NCBI GenBank assembly: GCA_041746575.1
Contig: JBGTGT010000034.1
Span: forward strand, 1-32,653
DNA: 32,653 nucleotides
From: Microcystaceae cyanobacterium
GTDB lineage: Bacteria; Cyanobacteriota; Cyanobacteriia; Cyanobacteriales; Microcystaceae
Direction: 5' to 3'
Position numbers and translations under genes: made by a program. Of the stretch, positions 8,838-19,306 are shown in pieces. Below the pieces are notes generated by a model. The model did not search any database. It saw only the letters and a program-made list of their open reading frames with translations, and was not told the origin of the DNA. Numbering within the stretch: the stretch's first letter is position 1; each line of letters begins with the position of its first letter.

Positions 8838-11144
8838 ATGTCCATCACAGTATCCCCAGAACAAGTTAACCAAATTATCTATAATCTGCATCATGATCCG
8901 TTTGAAGTTTTAGGTTCTCATCCTTTAGAATCAAACGGTCAAGGTCAAAAATGGGTTGTTAGAGCTTATTTGCCGCAAGCAGATTCGGCTTTCGTCATTA
9001 TCCCCTCGGAAAGACAAGAATACGCCATGCAAATGGTGCATCATCCTCATTTTTTTGAATGTATTATTGAAACAACTGAATTAGCGAATTATCAATTAAA
9101 ATTAAAGAAAGATAGCCATGAATGGGTGATTCATGACCCTTATGCTTTTCGTTCTGCCAAATTAACGGATTTTGATATTCAGCTGTTTGGAGAAGGAAAT
9201 CATCATCGGATCTACGAAAAGTTAGGGGCGCATTTAACAGAAGTTGAAGGGATTAAAGGGGTTTATTTTGCCCTTTGGGCACCCAATGCCCGTAACGTCT
9301 CAATTTTAGGCGATTTTAATCAATGGGATGGTCGTTTTCATCAAATGCGGAAACGTAGTAACATGATTTGGGAATTGTTTATCCCCGAAATTGGTGTAGG
9401 AACACAGTATAAATACGAAATTAAGAACTGGGAAGGACATATTTACGAAAAATCTGACCCCTATGGCTTTCAGCAAGAAGTTCGCCCGAAAACGGCTTCA
9501 ATTGTGGCTGATTTAAGTACCTATCAGTGGCAAGATAGGGTATGGATGGAACAACGCCGTAACACTGAGCCCCTATCAAAACCCATCTCGGTTTATGAGG
9601 TACACTTAGGATCGTGGATTCATGCTTCATCTCAAGAAAAGCCTCAGTTATTGTCAGGGGAAGGAGCATCGGTAGAAGTTTCGGAATGGAACACCGACGC
9701 TCGTTTTTTGAGCTATTATGAGTTAGCCCACAAGTTGATTCCTTACGTTAAAGAATTAGGCTACACTCATATTGAATTATTGCCCATCGCCGAACACCCT
9801 TTTGATGGATCATGGGGATATCAAGTCACGGGGTATTATGCACCGACTTCCCGCTATGGTAATCCTGAAGATTTTATGTACTTTGTTGATAAATGCCACG
9901 AAAATGGGATAGGGGTACTGGTTGATTGGGTTCCCGGTCATTTTCCAAAAGATGGTCATGGTTTAGCCTTTTTTGATGGAACACATCTGTATGAACATGA
10001 AGATCCCCGCAAGGGAGAACATAAGGAATGGGGAACGTTAGTTTTTAATTATGGTCGCAATGAAGTGCGCAATTTCCTTGTTGCCAATGTTCTCTTTTGG
10101 TTTGACAAATACCACATCGATGGCATTCGCGTGGATGCAGTGGCGTCGATGCTTTACCTCGATTATTGCCGTAAAGAAGGGGAATGGGTCAGAAATCAGT
10201 ATGGAGGACGGGAAAACCTTGAAGCGGCGGATTTTCTGCGTCAAGTCAACAGTGTCTTATTTAGTTACTACCCCGGGGTTTTATCAATTGCTGAAGAATC
10301 TACCGATTGGCCGATGGTGTCTTGGCCGACTTATGTAGGGGGATTAGGCTTTAATTTGAAGTGGAATATGGGATGGATGCACGATATGCTGGATTATTTT
10401 GGCATTGACCCTTGGTTTCGCCAATTTCATCAAAATAACGTCACCTTTAGTATGTGGTATAACCACAGTGAAAATTATATGTTAGCGCTCTCCCACGATG
10501 AAATCGTACATGGCAAAAGCAATATGTTAGGCAAAATGCCGGGGGATGAATGGCAGAAATACGCTAATGTCAGAGCATTATTTACCTATATGTTCACCCA
10601 TCCGGGCAAGAAAACCATGTTTATGAGTATGGAATTTGGCCAATGGAGTGAATGGAATGTTTGGGGAGATTTAGATTGGCGTTTATTGCAATATCCATCC
10701 CATCAACAGTTGAAGGAATTTTTTACTGAATTAAATGGGTTGTATCAAACACAACCTGCTTTGTATGAGCGGGATTTTGAGACAGAAGGCTTTACTTGGA
10801 TTGACTGTAGCGATAACCGTCATAGCGTCGTGTCTTTTATTCGTCGCAGTAAAGATCCCTCTGAGTTTGTTGTGGTGGTTTGTAATTTTACTCCCCAACC
10901 CCATAGTCATTATCGGGTAGGTGTACCGGAAACAGGGTTTTATACCGAATTATTTAACAGTGATGCGGGACAATTTGGCGGTAGTAATATGGGGAATTTA
11001 GGCGGTAAATGGACAGAAGAATGGTCTTTCCATCGTTATCCTTATTCTCTCGATTTATGTTTGCCACCCTTAGCAGTACTGGTGTTAAAGTTAGATCGAG
11101 AAAAGACGACTCAAGTATTAAGGGGTCAGACAGAAAAAGCTTAG
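8838..11144 (+). CDS. glgB: 1,4-alpha-glucan branching enzyme
   Basis: [50 protein letters not shown]. Confidence 0.98.
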   Translation: MSITVSPEQVNQIIYNLHHDPFEVLGSHPLESNGQGQKWVVRAYLPQADSAFVIIPSERQEYAMQMVHHPHFFECIIETTELANYQLKLKKDSHEWVIHDPYAFRSAKLTDFDIQLFGEGNHHRIYEKLGAHLTEVEGIKGVYFALWAPNARNVSILGDFNQWDGRFHQMRKRSNMIWELFIPEIGVGTQYKYEIKNWEGHIYEKSDPYGFQQEVRPKTASIVADLSTYQWQDRVWMEQRRNTEPLSKPISVYEVHLGSWIHASSQEKPQLLSGEGASVEVSEWNTDARFLSYYELAHKLIPYVKELGYTHIELLPIAEHPFDGSWGYQVTGYYAPTSRYGNPEDFMYFVDKCHENGIGVLVDWVPGHFPKDGHGLAFFDGTHLYEHEDPRKGEHKEWGTLVFNYGRNEVRNFLVANVLFWFDKYHIDGIRVDAVASMLYLDYCRKEGEWVRNQYGGRENLEAADFLRQVNSVLFSYYPGVLSIAEESTDWPMVSWPTYVGGLGFNLKWNMGWMHDMLDYFGIDPWFRQFHQNNVTFSMWYNHSENYMLALSHDEIVHGKSNMLGKMPGDEWQKYANVRALFTYMFTHPGKKTMFMSMEFGQWSEWNVWGDLDWRLLQYPSHQQLKEFFTELNGLYQTQPALYERDFETEGFTWIDCSDNRHSVVSFIRRSKDPSEFVVVVCNFTPQPHSHYRVGVPETGFYTELFNSDAGQFGGSNMGNLGGKWTEEWSFHRYPYSLDLCLPPLAVLVLKLDREKTTQVLRGQTEKA

Positions 11145-11170
11145 GTTTAATTTATTTGTCTATCATAATG

Positions 11171-11196
11171 GAGTGGGTAAGTTGCCCACTTTTTTA
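11171..11196. terminator. rho-independent terminator after glgB
   Basis: GAGTGGGTAA-G-TTGCCCACTT hairpin followed by a T-run. Confidence 0.65.
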
Positions 11197-11703
11197 TTAA
11201 GATTGTTTAGATGAGTCGGGCAAAATACTAGGAATCGCCATAAAAATCAGCATAATCAAATTAAGTAACCAGAAAGCTAGCACTAATCCATATCCGATAA
11301 TCGCTATCCACCCTGAAGAGAGTAGGGAAATTCCTGTCACTAGATGCCATAATCGAAACGTTGTGTAAAGAAAACCAATCAAAACAACGACACTGGGAAC
11401 AAACCAACGACTAAAACGGGCCTCGCTTACGACTTGAATGGTGACAAAGAACAAGTAGATTCCCCAGAATTGTCGAGATGGGGGGTTTTGCCAAGTCATT
11501 ACTAAAAATATCATGGGAATAAGGACACCAATCCCTAATGCAACTTTAACCCATGCGTTCATAAACGTCCATTGTGGTTCGCTAAATTCCATCGTCGGTT
11601 TGAAAGGAAGTTGTTGATTTTTGACTCCCCAACCATACCCAATGCTCAAGGTAGTCGCTAAAATGATAAAGACGAGGAATATTAATCCGTTGTTAGCTGG
11701 CAT
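11197..11703 (-). CDS. hypothetical multi-pass membrane protein
   Basis: 168-aa ORF with about five hydrophobic segments; AAGGA before the ATG. Confidence 0.75.
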   Translation of the reverse strand: MPANNGLIFLVFIILATTLSIGYGWGVKNQQLPFKPTMEFSEPQWTFMNAWVKVALGIGVLIPMIFLVMTWQNPPSRQFWGIYLFFVTIQVVSEARFSRWFVPSVVVLIGFLYTTFRLWHLVTGISLLSSGWIAIIGYGLVLAFWLLNLIMLIFMAIPSILPDSSKQS

Positions 11704-11784
11704 CCTTTTTCTAGCATGAAGTTTAGATTAATTGTAACAATATTTTTTTTTTCAGTAGTGATCGGTTCTTTTTTGAAAGTAAAT

Positions 11785-12156
11785 ATGATATCTTCTTTAA
11801 AACCTTCTCAAATTGTTCGTTCCAGTAGCCAAAATTATCAATTTTATGGGGAAGTTATTGCCGTTCTTCCTGCGCGAGAATCTTGTTGGGTACGCCCGTT
11901 AATCTTGCTCGAAAAAAAGAGGTCATTCGTCAATAATTGGATTGATTTGCGTCAAGCATCAGATTTAATTTTCCCAATGCGCTACTTTGAACCAGCTTTA
12001 GACACTGAAATAATGCCGTTGTTTACGCTTTTAGTTAAGGGAGATAGTGAATCTCATTCCTTTGTAGCTAATCATCCCCAATTAACCCTTTTCCTCAAAG
12101 AGTTACTTATAAATAACCCAAAAACCAAGGATGTAACCACCAAAACAACAACGTAA
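11785..12156 (+). CDS. cyanobacterial hypothetical protein
   Basis: YGEVI...CWVRPL...DLRQASDLIFP...FEPALDTE looks like a conserved family; start placed at ATG 11785; overlaps the convergent gene by 50 bp. Confidence 0.7.
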   Translation: MISSLKPSQIVRSSSQNYQFYGEVIAVLPARESCWVRPLILLEKKRSFVNNWIDLRQASDLIFPMRYFEPALDTEIMPLFTLLVKGDSESHSFVANHPQLTLFLKELLINNPKTKDVTTKTTT

Positions 12157-12805
12157 AAGCAACTACGCCAAGATAAGCAGGTTTGATGAATTCTTTTAAA
12201 TTAAAGGTTTGACGATTTTCTAAAATGGCTAAAAAAGGAATAAGAGAAGTTCGTTCTTTCACTTTTAAAAAGGCATCTCCGTAGCGTTTTTCTAAACGGC
12301 GATCGCCATGCCAAACCGCAAATAGATGATGACCAATTAACCCTAGAGATGTGACAATCATAAAGCTGCTACCGACCCATAAAGTATGAGCAAAACACCA
12401 AAGAATTTGCCCTACCATTTGGGGATGACGACAAACTCGAATAATTCCTGTTTCATATAAATGCACTTGGGGTTTTTGAATGGCCGCTACTTCTAATAAA
12501 TTAAAGGTGGCAGGATAAAGAAAAAGAAATGAAATAAAAGAGAGAACCCAAATAAAAGTTTCAAGGCCTTGTATTTCTCTTAAGTTCCATAAGATTAAAC
12601 CATCATAGCGATGGGGAATAAAATAAGCCAGTAAAATTACCGCAAAAGGAATGCTCACTAGGGCAAATAAGATACGATATGGCCTGGCACCGATTTTGCT
12701 TTCTGCCCAAGGTCGTAGGGCTGCTAAGCCACTATGGGTAATAGCAAATAATAACAGTAAACCGAACATGATGCCGTGACTAGAGGTTAACCACTGAAGA
12801 GCCAT
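12107..12805 (-). CDS. NnrU-family membrane protein (15-cis-zeta-carotene isomerase Z-ISO-like)
   Basis: HSGLAALR, YPATFNLLEVAA, GIIRVCRHPQMVG, HHLFAVWHGDRRL, RTSLIPF. Confidence 0.88.
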   Translation of the reverse strand: MALQWLTSSHGIMFGLLLLFAITHSGLAALRPWAESKIGARPYRILFALVSIPFAVILLAYFIPHRYDGLILWNLREIQGLETFIWVLSFISFLFLYPATFNLLEVAAIQKPQVHLYETGIIRVCRHPQMVGQILWCFAHTLWVGSSFMIVTSLGLIGHHLFAVWHGDRRLEKRYGDAFLKVKERTSLIPFLAILENRQTFNLKEFIKPAYLGVVAFTLLFWWLHPWFLGYL

Positions 12806-12874
12806 AGAGAATGGAAGTAAAATAAATATCTTTTGCCACAATCGTCTTATTTTATCATGGTTTTATTTTCTAAT

Positions 12875-13498
12875 TTACTGATCTTTTACTAAAAGATTAA
12901 CCAATGTATCCACTAAGCGATCGCTTTCCATCGGTACAATCTCTTTACCCTTTAATAATTCCTGAAGAATTACAAAATTAACCAACGTGCCGATAAAAAT
13001 TCGTACCATTGCTTCGGTATCATTTTCGGAATGTTCATCTTGTGCGGTCATATATTGACTTAACTTCTCCATCCCTGGTTTAGCAATACAATGAATATAG
13101 GTTTGGGCAAGGTGAGGAAAACGCCCTGACTCGCCAATAATAATCCGAATAAATCCATGAAACTGCTGATCATTGATGGCATTAGTTAACATCTTCGTCG
13201 CTAAATGTCGCAGTACAATCTTTGGTTCTTCCTGCCTTAATTCGGGTTGTTGAGGATCAAAAATTGTCTGAAATTTTTCCTGCGCCAAGTGCTGAATAAT
13301 CGCGGTGAATAAGCTGTCTTTATCCTGAAAATGACTGTAAACCGTTGCTTTAGAAACGCCTGCTGTTTCCGCAATCCGATCCATCGTTGTCGCCGCATAA
13401 CCGTGGGTTAAAAATTCTTTAACTGCACTATCTAAAATGGCTTCTGCTTTTTTAGCTGACTTTTGACGGTCGTTTTTGCTGTTTACTGGTTTTTTCAT
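12875..13498 (-). CDS. TetR/AcrR-family transcriptional regulator
   Basis: HTH GYAATTMDRIAETAGVSKATVYSHFQDK; start at 13498 or 13531. Confidence 0.93.
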   Translation of the reverse strand: MKKPVNSKNDRQKSAKKAEAILDSAVKEFLTHGYAATTMDRIAETAGVSKATVYSHFQDKDSLFTAIIQHLAQEKFQTIFDPQQPELRQEEPKIVLRHLATKMLTNAINDQQFHGFIRIIIGESGRFPHLAQTYIHCIAKPGMEKLSQYMTAQDEHSENDTEAMVRIFIGTLVNFVILQELLKGKEIVPMESDRLVDTLVNLLVKDQ

Positions 13499-13570
13499 GC
13501 TTTTTTTCCGATCTTGTCCTTTACTTGACATTACTGAATGGTTTGGTTTAGTCTAATTATAGAACAAATT

Positions 13571-13589
13571 AAACTAAACAGTTTAGTTT
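13571..13589. promoter_or_regulatory. putative TetR operator
   Basis: Perfect palindrome AAACTAAAC-A-GTTTAGTTT between tetR and the divergent operon; degenerate copy at 13533-13547; TTGACA at 13525-13530. Confidence 0.7.
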
Positions 13590-13613
13590 TCTCACAACGA
13601 GAGGAAGCGATCT

Positions 13614-14912
13614 ATGCAAGAGGTAACGGCAAATTACCTAAAATCCCCTAAATCTTGGCAACGTCCTATGACGGTTGTGGCGATACTTATCCTCTTAGGA
13701 ATAGGGGGAATCAGCGTTTATCATCTTCGCTCATCATCTCCGCCCAACAGCGAAACCCCTCCCCTTGACAGTATTCCCCAAATTCAGACTGTAACCGCCT
13801 TAGGACGATTAGAACCGAGGGGTGAAGTCGTTGCCATTTCTGCGGCCACAACGACGCCAAGCGATCGCCTCAAAGAATTATTCGTCAAAGAAGGGGATAC
13901 CGTGACAAAAGGGCAAAAAATCGCTCTTTTAGAGAGTTACGATTCGGCATCTGCTACCCTTAAACAAGCACAAGAGAAAGTCAATGTTGCTCAAGCTAAA
14001 TTATCGCAAATTCAAGCAGGCGCAAAACAAGGTGAAATAAACGCCCAGAAAGCGACGATTGAACAATTAAAAGCCGAATTACAAGGCTCTAAAATCACCG
14101 ATCAAGCCAAAATTACTCGTTTGGCAGCACAACTGCAGGGCGAAAAAGCCGAACAAATAGCGACGATTGAGCGATTAAAAGCCGAATTAAGCAATGCCGA
14201 GCGAGAATTCCAACGTTATCAACAATTAGCACAGAATGGGGCTATTTCTGAATCTGATTTAGATGCACGCCGCTTAACCTTAGATCGCTCGAAAACACAA
14301 CTGAGTGAAGCAAAAGCCACCTTTAACAAAACGATTGCCACCTTAACCCAAGAAATCCGCGAAAATCAAGCCCAAGCGAATGAAACCGTTAATACACTCA
14401 CTCAACAAATTCAATCCGCTATGGCCGAATTAAATCGTATTGCGGAAGTTCGTCCCGTGGATGTGGCTGTTGCAGAAGCAGAATTAAAAGAAGCAGAGTC
14501 AGCTGTAGTCAAAGCAAAAGCGGATTTAGACCTTAGTATTATCAATTCTCCTCAAGATGGTCAAATTTTAGATATTTTAACCCTTGAAGGCGAAAAAGTA
14601 GCTAATGATGGTATTATGACAATAGGGCAAACCCATCAAATGGATGTTGTTGCGGAAGTGTATGAAAGCGATATCCAAAAGATCAAAATAGGTCAACAGG
14701 CAAAAATTACCAGTAATGCGATTAACGAAACGCTAGAAGGCACAGTCGAGAAGATTGGGCTAGAAATTCAACGACAACAAGTAATTAACACCGATCCTAC
14801 CGCCAATATTGACGCTAAGGTGGTTGAAGTCCGCATTAATCTCGACGAATCCTCTCGTCAGAAAGTAACCGACTTAACCAATCTTTTAGTAACTGTAACC
14901 ATCAATTTGTAA
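13614..14912 (+). CDS. devB: DevB-family ABC exporter membrane fusion protein
   Basis: N-terminal TM, VTALGRLEP, long coiled coil, VAEVYESDI, VVEVRI. Confidence 0.88.
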   Translation: MQEVTANYLKSPKSWQRPMTVVAILILLGIGGISVYHLRSSSPPNSETPPLDSIPQIQTVTALGRLEPRGEVVAISAATTTPSDRLKELFVKEGDTVTKGQKIALLESYDSASATLKQAQEKVNVAQAKLSQIQAGAKQGEINAQKATIEQLKAELQGSKITDQAKITRLAAQLQGEKAEQIATIERLKAELSNAEREFQRYQQLAQNGAISESDLDARRLTLDRSKTQLSEAKATFNKTIATLTQEIRENQAQANETVNTLTQQIQSAMAELNRIAEVRPVDVAVAEAELKEAESAVVKAKADLDLSIINSPQDGQILDILTLEGEKVANDGIMTIGQTHQMDVVAEVYESDIQKIKIGQQAKITSNAINETLEGTVEKIGLEIQRQQVINTDPTANIDAKVVEVRINLDESSRQKVTDLTNLLVTVTINL

Positions 14913-14978
14913 TTTTTTGCAATATTTCAGGGCATTTACATTTTTCTTGCCTTAAATTTACTGCCTTAAAAAAATACC

Positions 14979-16160
14979 ATGAAAAATATCCTCAAAATCC
15001 TACAAGATCGAACCCCTTTAGGCTTCCTTCAGCTTAAACACGATAAAACAAGGTTAATTACCGCTATTTCAGGAATTGCCTTTGCAGACATCTTAATTTT
15101 TATGCAATTAGGGTTTCTAGGTGCTTTATTTGACAGTAGCGTCCTTTTTCATCGGAGTTTAAAGGCCGATCTCGTAATGATGAATCCTCAAGCCCTAAAT
15201 TGGACGTCCTTATCCACCTTTCCCCGACGACGACTTTATCAAGCGATGGATGTACCGGGGGTGGCTTCGGCAGAAGCGTTGTATATTAATTCTGTTCAGT
15301 GGAAAAATCCCCAAACACAGCAACCTACCTCAATTATGGTGCTTGGCATGGATTTAGATCGTCCTGCCTTTAATTTGCCCGAAATTAATTCCCATTTGAA
15401 CGCGCTTAAACTTCCTGATACCTTCCTTTTTGATCGTAAATCCAGAGGGGAATATCAAAAGGCGATCGCCGCCTATGAAGAAGGACAAACGGTGACAACT
15501 GAAATCGAAAGACGTACGATTAGAATTGCGGGATTGTTTGAAGGAGGAGCTTCTTTTGGAGCAGATGCAACCTTAATTGGCAGTGGTCAAAATTTCTTGC
15601 GATTATTTCCCAAAAAACAAGCAGGAACAGTCAGTTTGGGACTAATACAGTTACAATCTGATGCCGAGATCAATCAAGTCAAAGAGAAACTAAATCGCTA
15701 TTTTGCTGATTTAAAAGATGTCCAGATTCTGACATTAAAAGAGTTTATAGCCTTTGAAAAAACCTATTGGGGCAAAAATCGTCCTGTAGGTGTTGTTTTT
15801 GGCTTTGGCATGGTGATAGGATTCATTGTCGGCGTGGTGATTGTCTATCAAATTCTGTCGACAGATGTCAGCGATCATTTAGCAGAATATGCAACCTTTA
15901 AGGCGATGGGGTATCGTCACGCTTATTTACTCGGCATTGTTTTTGAAGAAGCCTTGATTCTAGCCGTTTGTGGTTTTTTGCCCGGTTTAGGGGTTTCTTG
16001 GGGATTATATCAACTAGCCCGCAAAGCCACTGCCTTACCCCTTTATATCACCCTTGGACGAGCCATCGCTATCTTTTTATTAACCTTAGTCATGTGTACG
16101 CTTTCGGGGATGATTGCTACCCGTAAACTACAATCAGCAGATCCAGCCGATATTTTTTAA
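14979..16160 (+). CDS. devC: DevC-family ABC exporter permease
   Basis: GIAFADILIFMQLGF, VIVYQILSTDV, EYATFKAMGY, C-terminal ADPADIF. Confidence 0.92.
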   Translation: MKNILKILQDRTPLGFLQLKHDKTRLITAISGIAFADILIFMQLGFLGALFDSSVLFHRSLKADLVMMNPQALNWTSLSTFPRRRLYQAMDVPGVASAEALYINSVQWKNPQTQQPTSIMVLGMDLDRPAFNLPEINSHLNALKLPDTFLFDRKSRGEYQKAIAAYEEGQTVTTEIERRTIRIAGLFEGGASFGADATLIGSGQNFLRLFPKKQAGTVSLGLIQLQSDAEINQVKEKLNRYFADLKDVQILTLKEFIAFEKTYWGKNRPVGVVFGFGMVIGFIVGVVIVYQILSTDVSDHLAEYATFKAMGYRHAYLLGIVFEEALILAVCGFLPGLGVSWGLYQLARKATALPLYITLGRAIAIFLLTLVMCTLSGMIATRKLQSADPADIF

Positions 16161-16248
16161 AAATCGTTAAATAACGCCATTTCTACCGAATAAATGAATT
16201 AAAAATGAAAAGGCGTTAAGGGCTTAATCGTTATCATTCATCATTTCT

Positions 16249-16953
16249 ATGAACACCTTTCCTCAACAAGAAGTCGTCATTTCGATTCATGATCTTAACC
16301 ATTATTTTGGTCAAGGAGAACTAAAAAAACAAGTCCTATTTGAAATTAATTTAGAGATTAAAGCCGGAGAAATTGTCTTAATGACTGGACCTTCAGGTTC
16401 AGGAAAAACCACCCTTTTAACCCTTGTTGGCGCATTGCGATCGCCCCAATCCGGTAGTTTATGTCTTTTGGGTAAAGAACTTTGTGGGGCAACCACCGAA
16501 CAATTAGTACAAGCCAGACGACACAATGGTTACATCTTTCAAGCCCATAATTTACATCGCAGTTTAACCGCCTTACAAAATGTTCAAATGGGATTAGAAG
16601 TACAAGGAAAATTCTCTCGGGTTGAGCGCGTAGAACGAGCAACGCTAATGTTAGAAAAGGTGGGTTTAGAGGAGCATCTTCACTATTACCCTGATAACCT
16701 TTCGGGGGGACAAAAACAACGAGTGGCTATTGCTAGAGCATTGGTATCCCATCCAGCGATCGTCTTAGCTGATGAACCAACGGCGGCACTAGATAGTCAT
16801 TCAGGACGAAATATCGTTGATTTAATGCAAAAACTAGCAAAAGAGCAAAAAAGCACCATTTTATTAGTTACCCACGATAATCGTATTTTAGATGTTGCCG
16901 ATCGCATTGTACACATGGAAGATGGCAAATTAGTCATCGGTACGCCGGCTTGA
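16249..16953 (+). CDS. devA: DevA-family ABC exporter ATP-binding protein
   Basis: [42 protein letters not shown]. Confidence 0.92.
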   Translation: MNTFPQQEVVISIHDLNHYFGQGELKKQVLFEINLEIKAGEIVLMTGPSGSGKTTLLTLVGALRSPQSGSLCLLGKELCGATTEQLVQARRHNGYIFQAHNLHRSLTALQNVQMGLEVQGKFSRVERVERATLMLEKVGLEEHLHYYPDNLSGGQKQRVAIARALVSHPAIVLADEPTAALDSHSGRNIVDLMQKLAKEQKSTILLVTHDNRILDVADRIVHMEDGKLVIGTPA

Positions 16954-17171
16954 AAAGTCGGAGCCTGCGATGACTGCATCTCCGCAATGAATAATGCAAC
17001 GGTTAAATAAACTTTCGTCGTTTATCTAAGATAGAGTCGGGAAAACTCCTTTTTTGTAAAATTTTAGACATTTATCTGGGGAGATTACTCTAAAATTGGG
17101 GAACATGAATCAAATCACCACTATCAGCATGATTCGGGTTAATTCCCCCTTCCTCCTAACGTAACCGACTT

Positions 17172-18200
17172 ATGGAACTTAAACTGAAAACCGACGATTT
17201 GTCTAAATCTCCTCTTGTGCTGATTGCGCCCTTTTTCTTCCTCGCGACAGCAATGGTAGTGATGAAATACATTATGCCCGACACTACCCCCCTCTTTTTA
17301 GCATCTTTTCGCTTAGTTCCTGCCGGAATCCTGTTAATTTTACTGTCAAGTGTTTTTAAAGTCCCCCAACCACAAGGATGGAAAGCATGGCTTTGGATTT
17401 TGCTCTTTGCTATTATTGACGGTGCCATGTTTCAAGGATTTTTAACCACTGGGTTAGTGCATACAGGCGCAGGATTAGGAGCAGTTTTAATTGATGCTCA
17501 ACCGTTAGTGGTTGCCCTACTCGCTAACTGGATTTTTGGCGATATCATCGGTTTATGGGGCTGGTTAGGATTAGCGATCGGATTAATCGGGATTTGTCTG
17601 TGTGGATTGCCGACAGAATGGATTACTAGTCTTTTGCAAGGGAATGGCTTGCCTATTTCTGCTTCCAGTTTTACCCTCGAAAATTTTCTCACTAGCGGTG
17701 AATTGTTGATGATTTGCGCGGCCTTATATATGTCTTTTGGAACGATTATTATCCGTATTGTTAAAAAATATGCCGACCCTGTCATGGCAACGGGATGGCA
17801 CTTGTTTTTAGGAGGAATTCCTCTACTTATCCTATCTTTTGTTTGGGAATCAAACCAATGGCAAAACCTTTCTCCTGAGGGATGGTTGGGTATGGGGTAT
17901 GCCACTATATTTGGTACTGCCGTCACCTACGGGTTATTTTTCTTCTTGGCGGCGAATGGCAATTTAACCAGTGTGAGTGCATTGATTTTTTTGGCCCCTG
18001 TTTTTGCGCTTTTATTTAGCAATATCTTCCTCCATGAGCAATTAACGACCTTTCAATGGATAGGAGTGAGTTTAACCCTTGTTAGCGTCTATTTAGTTAA
18101 TCAACGAGTAGAAATCGCTCAACGGTTATCATTACTGGCATCTCAAGCCGAAAAAGTGACCTTAGAATCCCAAAAACCCGAATCTAAAACCACTCCCTAA
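17172..18200 (+). CDS. DMT/EamA-family transporter
   Basis: About 10 TM segments, RLVPAG, DGAMFQGFL, GAGLGAVLIDAQP. Confidence 0.9.
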   Translation: MELKLKTDDLSKSPLVLIAPFFFLATAMVVMKYIMPDTTPLFLASFRLVPAGILLILLSSVFKVPQPQGWKAWLWILLFAIIDGAMFQGFLTTGLVHTGAGLGAVLIDAQPLVVALLANWIFGDIIGLWGWLGLAIGLIGICLCGLPTEWITSLLQGNGLPISASSFTLENFLTSGELLMICAALYMSFGTIIIRIVKKYADPVMATGWHLFLGGIPLLILSFVWESNQWQNLSPEGWLGMGYATIFGTAVTYGLFFFLAANGNLTSVSALIFLAPVFALLFSNIFLHEQLTTFQWIGVSLTLVSVYLVNQRVEIAQRLSLLASQAEKVTLESQKPESKTTP

Positions 18201-18277
18201 AAAAACCTCAATTTTGGTCGTCAGAGCGCAAACTTTACACCTTACGATAAGCGTCAAAGGATTGATGACTTGATCGC

Positions 18278-18598
18278 TTAATTTTCCTCTCTTTTAGGAG
18301 TCGGAATTTCTTTGGCACCCAAATTGTAAGCCTTCGCTAAATAATTACTCAGTTTAATCAATCTTGCCGCATTCCAAGCATTATCCTGCGAAATCGCTGA
18401 TTCTGACGAGCGAGTGAAGTAATTTAACTGATAAGGGAGATACATTTGAGGAGAATCTGCTAGGGATTGTTGTTTTTCTGTATCTATCTCTGAATCACGC
18501 TGGTTATCTATGACCCACTTCCAGTTACCTTTAGCAGACGGCTTTTCGAGAAAAAATCGGAAAACGGGCTGAAGCTTGCGATAAATTTTGGTAAACAT
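18278..18598 (-). CDS. hypothetical protein (106 aa)
   Basis: ORF preceded by AGGAGG; no recognisable domain. Confidence 0.65.
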   Translation of the reverse strand: MFTKIYRKLQPVFRFFLEKPSAKGNWKWVIDNQRDSEIDTEKQQSLADSPQMYLPYQLNYFTRSSESAISQDNAWNAARLIKLSNYLAKAYNLGAKEIPTPKREEN

Positions 18599-18806
18599 TA
18601 GGGACTATCCTCCTTGCGGTATCAATTTATACGGCATTGCATTTAATTTTATTGTAACAGCTAATCCTTTCTGAATTTCAATAGGGTTATCCCCCCTAGA
18701 GAATTGCTCAAATCAGAGAACGCTTAAAATATTTCGGAAGTTTGACCCATTTTTTGAAAGAAGTTGTAGAGTGTATAAAGTAATAACTAATTAGGAGTAT
18801 GACCCA

Positions 18807-19145
18807 GTGAATATTCGTATTTTTATTGGATTGATTTTAAGTCTTTTTTTGACCTTGACAATGATACCTAATATAGCTATCGCCGCCTCACAAAATTCTC
18901 AATATTTTGCTCAAGCAAATCAAGCTTTTCAGCAATCAGAACAGCAATACACTTCGGGTGTTAATCAAGCAAAACAAGGATTTTCTCAAGCACAGGAACA
19001 GCATAAACAAGGGTTAGAGCAAATCAATGGAAGTTTAAAACAAGCACAAGATCAATATGAGCAAACCCTAAAGCAACTCTCTGAAGGATTTCAACAAGCC
19101 CAAGACGCCTTCAAGCAAAAATTTCAAAAGTTTGATCAAAGCTAA
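18807..19145 (+). CDS. secreted Gln-rich protein with four 18-aa amphipathic repeats
   Basis: AGGAG 9 nt before GTG; signal peptide ending AIA-A; repeats in residues 40-111. Confidence 0.8.
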   Translation: MNIRIFIGLILSLFLTLTMIPNIAIAASQNSQYFAQANQAFQQSEQQYTSGVNQAKQGFSQAQEQHKQGLEQINGSLKQAQDQYEQTLKQLSEGFQQAQDAFKQKFQKFDQS

Positions 19146-19306
19146 TTCAGTCTATTTTGCGGTAAATTGCTAATAAGAATTGCAGCAGTTTATCCTATGA
19201 ATCAGGATTATTTTAAGTGAATAGTAGGGTAACTTTTGATGAAATCTTTCCCCTATTTTACTTGGCAATCTCTCTTTTTATTTTTTGTTCTGTACTGAGC
19301 AAAACC

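Noticed and set aside
18799..18810. Mini uORF Met-Thr-Gln-stop overlapping the GTG start
   Set aside because: The ATG is only 1 nt from the AGGAG; spacing fits the GTG instead
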